64,000 nt of DNA from Diadema antillarum (lineage: Eukaryota). Below the pieces are notes generated by a model that saw only the letters and a program-made list of their open reading frames with translations, searched no databases and was not told the origin of the DNA. How positions within the stretch are numbered: position 1 is the first letter of the stretch; each line of letters starts with the position of its first letter. The stretch is taken from NCBI RefSeq assembly GCF_040938485.1, contig NW_027271277.1, positions 1 to 64,000 on the forward strand, written 5' to 3'. Made by a program: the position numbers and the translations under genes. This document shows positions 62,391 to 64,000 of the stretch, one piece after another.

Positions 62391-63870
62391 CCCTGTCACA
62401 CCTTTCCGCTACGCGGACTTGTTGGGTGTATGGATTTTTCAGCAAGCAGGATAATTTTCTGAGGGCGGACAAGAATTTGGACGAGCCTCGCGTGCGAACT
62501 TTCTTGCTGAACGTGTGCTACTTAGGTTCGTGACTCACGGTCTAGCTGCGGGCAAGTTGCGTGGGAATTATCCGCGAGGTGCTACGGCTACGGACCTCCT
62601 ACTTGTGTTCTGCGTGGACCTCAGCGACCAGTCCCCGCGACTTACTTGGAACAGGTGTCGATACTGCCAACATCCGTGTACCTGGTCATTTTTGCAGGCG
62701 CGGGGCGAGATATAAGGGTAAATTGCCTGCATGCTTAGGTTCAGTTACTGCCTAATTCCTGCCGGACAGGTTAGTTGAGAGTCGGCTGCGGCCAAGATAA
62801 TGACATTCTGTGAGATCTCTGCCAAATGGATAGTCCTTCATCAGGATTCACTGAGTTGTCAGCCCTCACCGTCGCCTGACACGCAGGCCACACATAATGC
62901 CCACAAGAAGAACTTACGTACCACGCGTTACTGCAGGTAAGACGCATGCAAAACTCACCCAAATCCTTTTCCACCCCCAGAACTTGTTCCGCATGCTGGA
63001 AAATCCCCAATCCCCACACGCAGTAAAGGCCGTGTCACACCTTTCCTGGCAAGCCTTGCGTGCGACTTGTGAAGAATAATTTTTACTACCCAGAGGTCGC
63101 CGCAGATGACCCGATCATGACAGTACCAAGAGCGTATCTCACTCGTAGTCGCCTGGAGGTGCGCACGCAAATCTTTTTACTCGCAACCATGTTAAGGCTC
63201 TCTTCCAGGATTATACCGGACAGTTTCTGAGGGCGGACAAGGATTTGGGCGAGTCAGAGCATGTGTCTTACTAAAAAAGAGTGCTTGCTGGTATACCGTG
63301 TGACCTGTGTTCTAGTCGCGTGGGTGCTGGCAGCTGAGAAAGAATTCCTCTGAAGGAATGGCAAAAGTCCCACAGAATATCATTATCTTGGCTGTATACG
63401 GGGACTGCAAAGTACCTGCGTGGGAGATGCCTGCGAGGTGATGCCGCTCTGGGCCTCCTATGGCGTTCTGCATGGACCTCTCCGGGCATCCCCGCGACTC
63501 AACCGGGAAAAGTTTTGGTCATGCTCAAACCTTGTTCCGAGTGACTAGTGGGGATTCGCTCGAAGACGTACACGCAGAACACCAGTAGGAGACCCTTACC
63601 GGCAGCACCTCTCAATCAACTCCAACGTAAGTACTTCTCGGTACCTGTAAGTCGCTCGTAACAGAAAACCGATCGGTTTCAAAGCTCTCAGGCAGGTCAC
63701 ATGGAATACACGCAAGTAGAAGATAAGTAGCTCACGCGTCTAGTAGGTAAGAAACAAGTGCGAAACTCGCAAACATTCTTGTCCACCCGGGGAAATTCTC
63801 TTGCGTGCTGGAAAATCCCTTCTCGCAACAAGCCCGAGTATAGCTTTTCCGGAAAGGTGTGCGGGAAAAG
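62391..63870. mobile_element. Compound foldback element, Harbinger-like termini
   Basis: CCTGTCACACCTTTCC (62391), GTGTCACACCTTTCC (63033) and inverted GGAAAGGTGTGCGGG (~63852); internal modules recur in both orientations. Confidence 0.55.
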
Positions 63871-64000
63871 AGGAATTGTCTGCGCACCTTCAGCGGGCTT
63901 AATACGGGCGAGATACGTGCTAGGTAATGTCATACATGCGGGATATCTGCGGGGATCTCATGGTAGCAAAATTTGCTTTCCGCAAGTCACACGCAAGGCT

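Overview
AT-rich eukaryotic (animal) genomic DNA with GT-AG introns, microsatellites and two N gaps. The repeat landscape and gene content suggest an echinoderm, probably a sea urchin (inference, not proven). Genes I can support: the first coding exon of PECR (minus strand, gene runs off the left edge); three GT10 alpha-1,3/4-fucosyltransferase paralogues (one minus, two plus), each with a short upstream coding exon missed by the ORF track; a three-exon FABP gene (minus); and a class A orphan GPCR (plus) with about 21 proline-rich pentapeptide repeats in ICL3. The rest is mostly mobile DNA: CR1/L2-group LINE fragments (nested), piggyBac-, Kolobok-, EnSpm- and Harbinger-like MITEs, a Helentron/DINE-1-like element, foldback repeats and a palindromic minisatellite with higher-order structure. 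Top observation: the minus-strand fucosyltransferase keeps an intact ORF and fold motifs but has lost the catalytic Glu and the donor-binding Asn/Glu/Lys. It is a candidate pseudoenzyme lying head-to-head with an apparently active paralogue.
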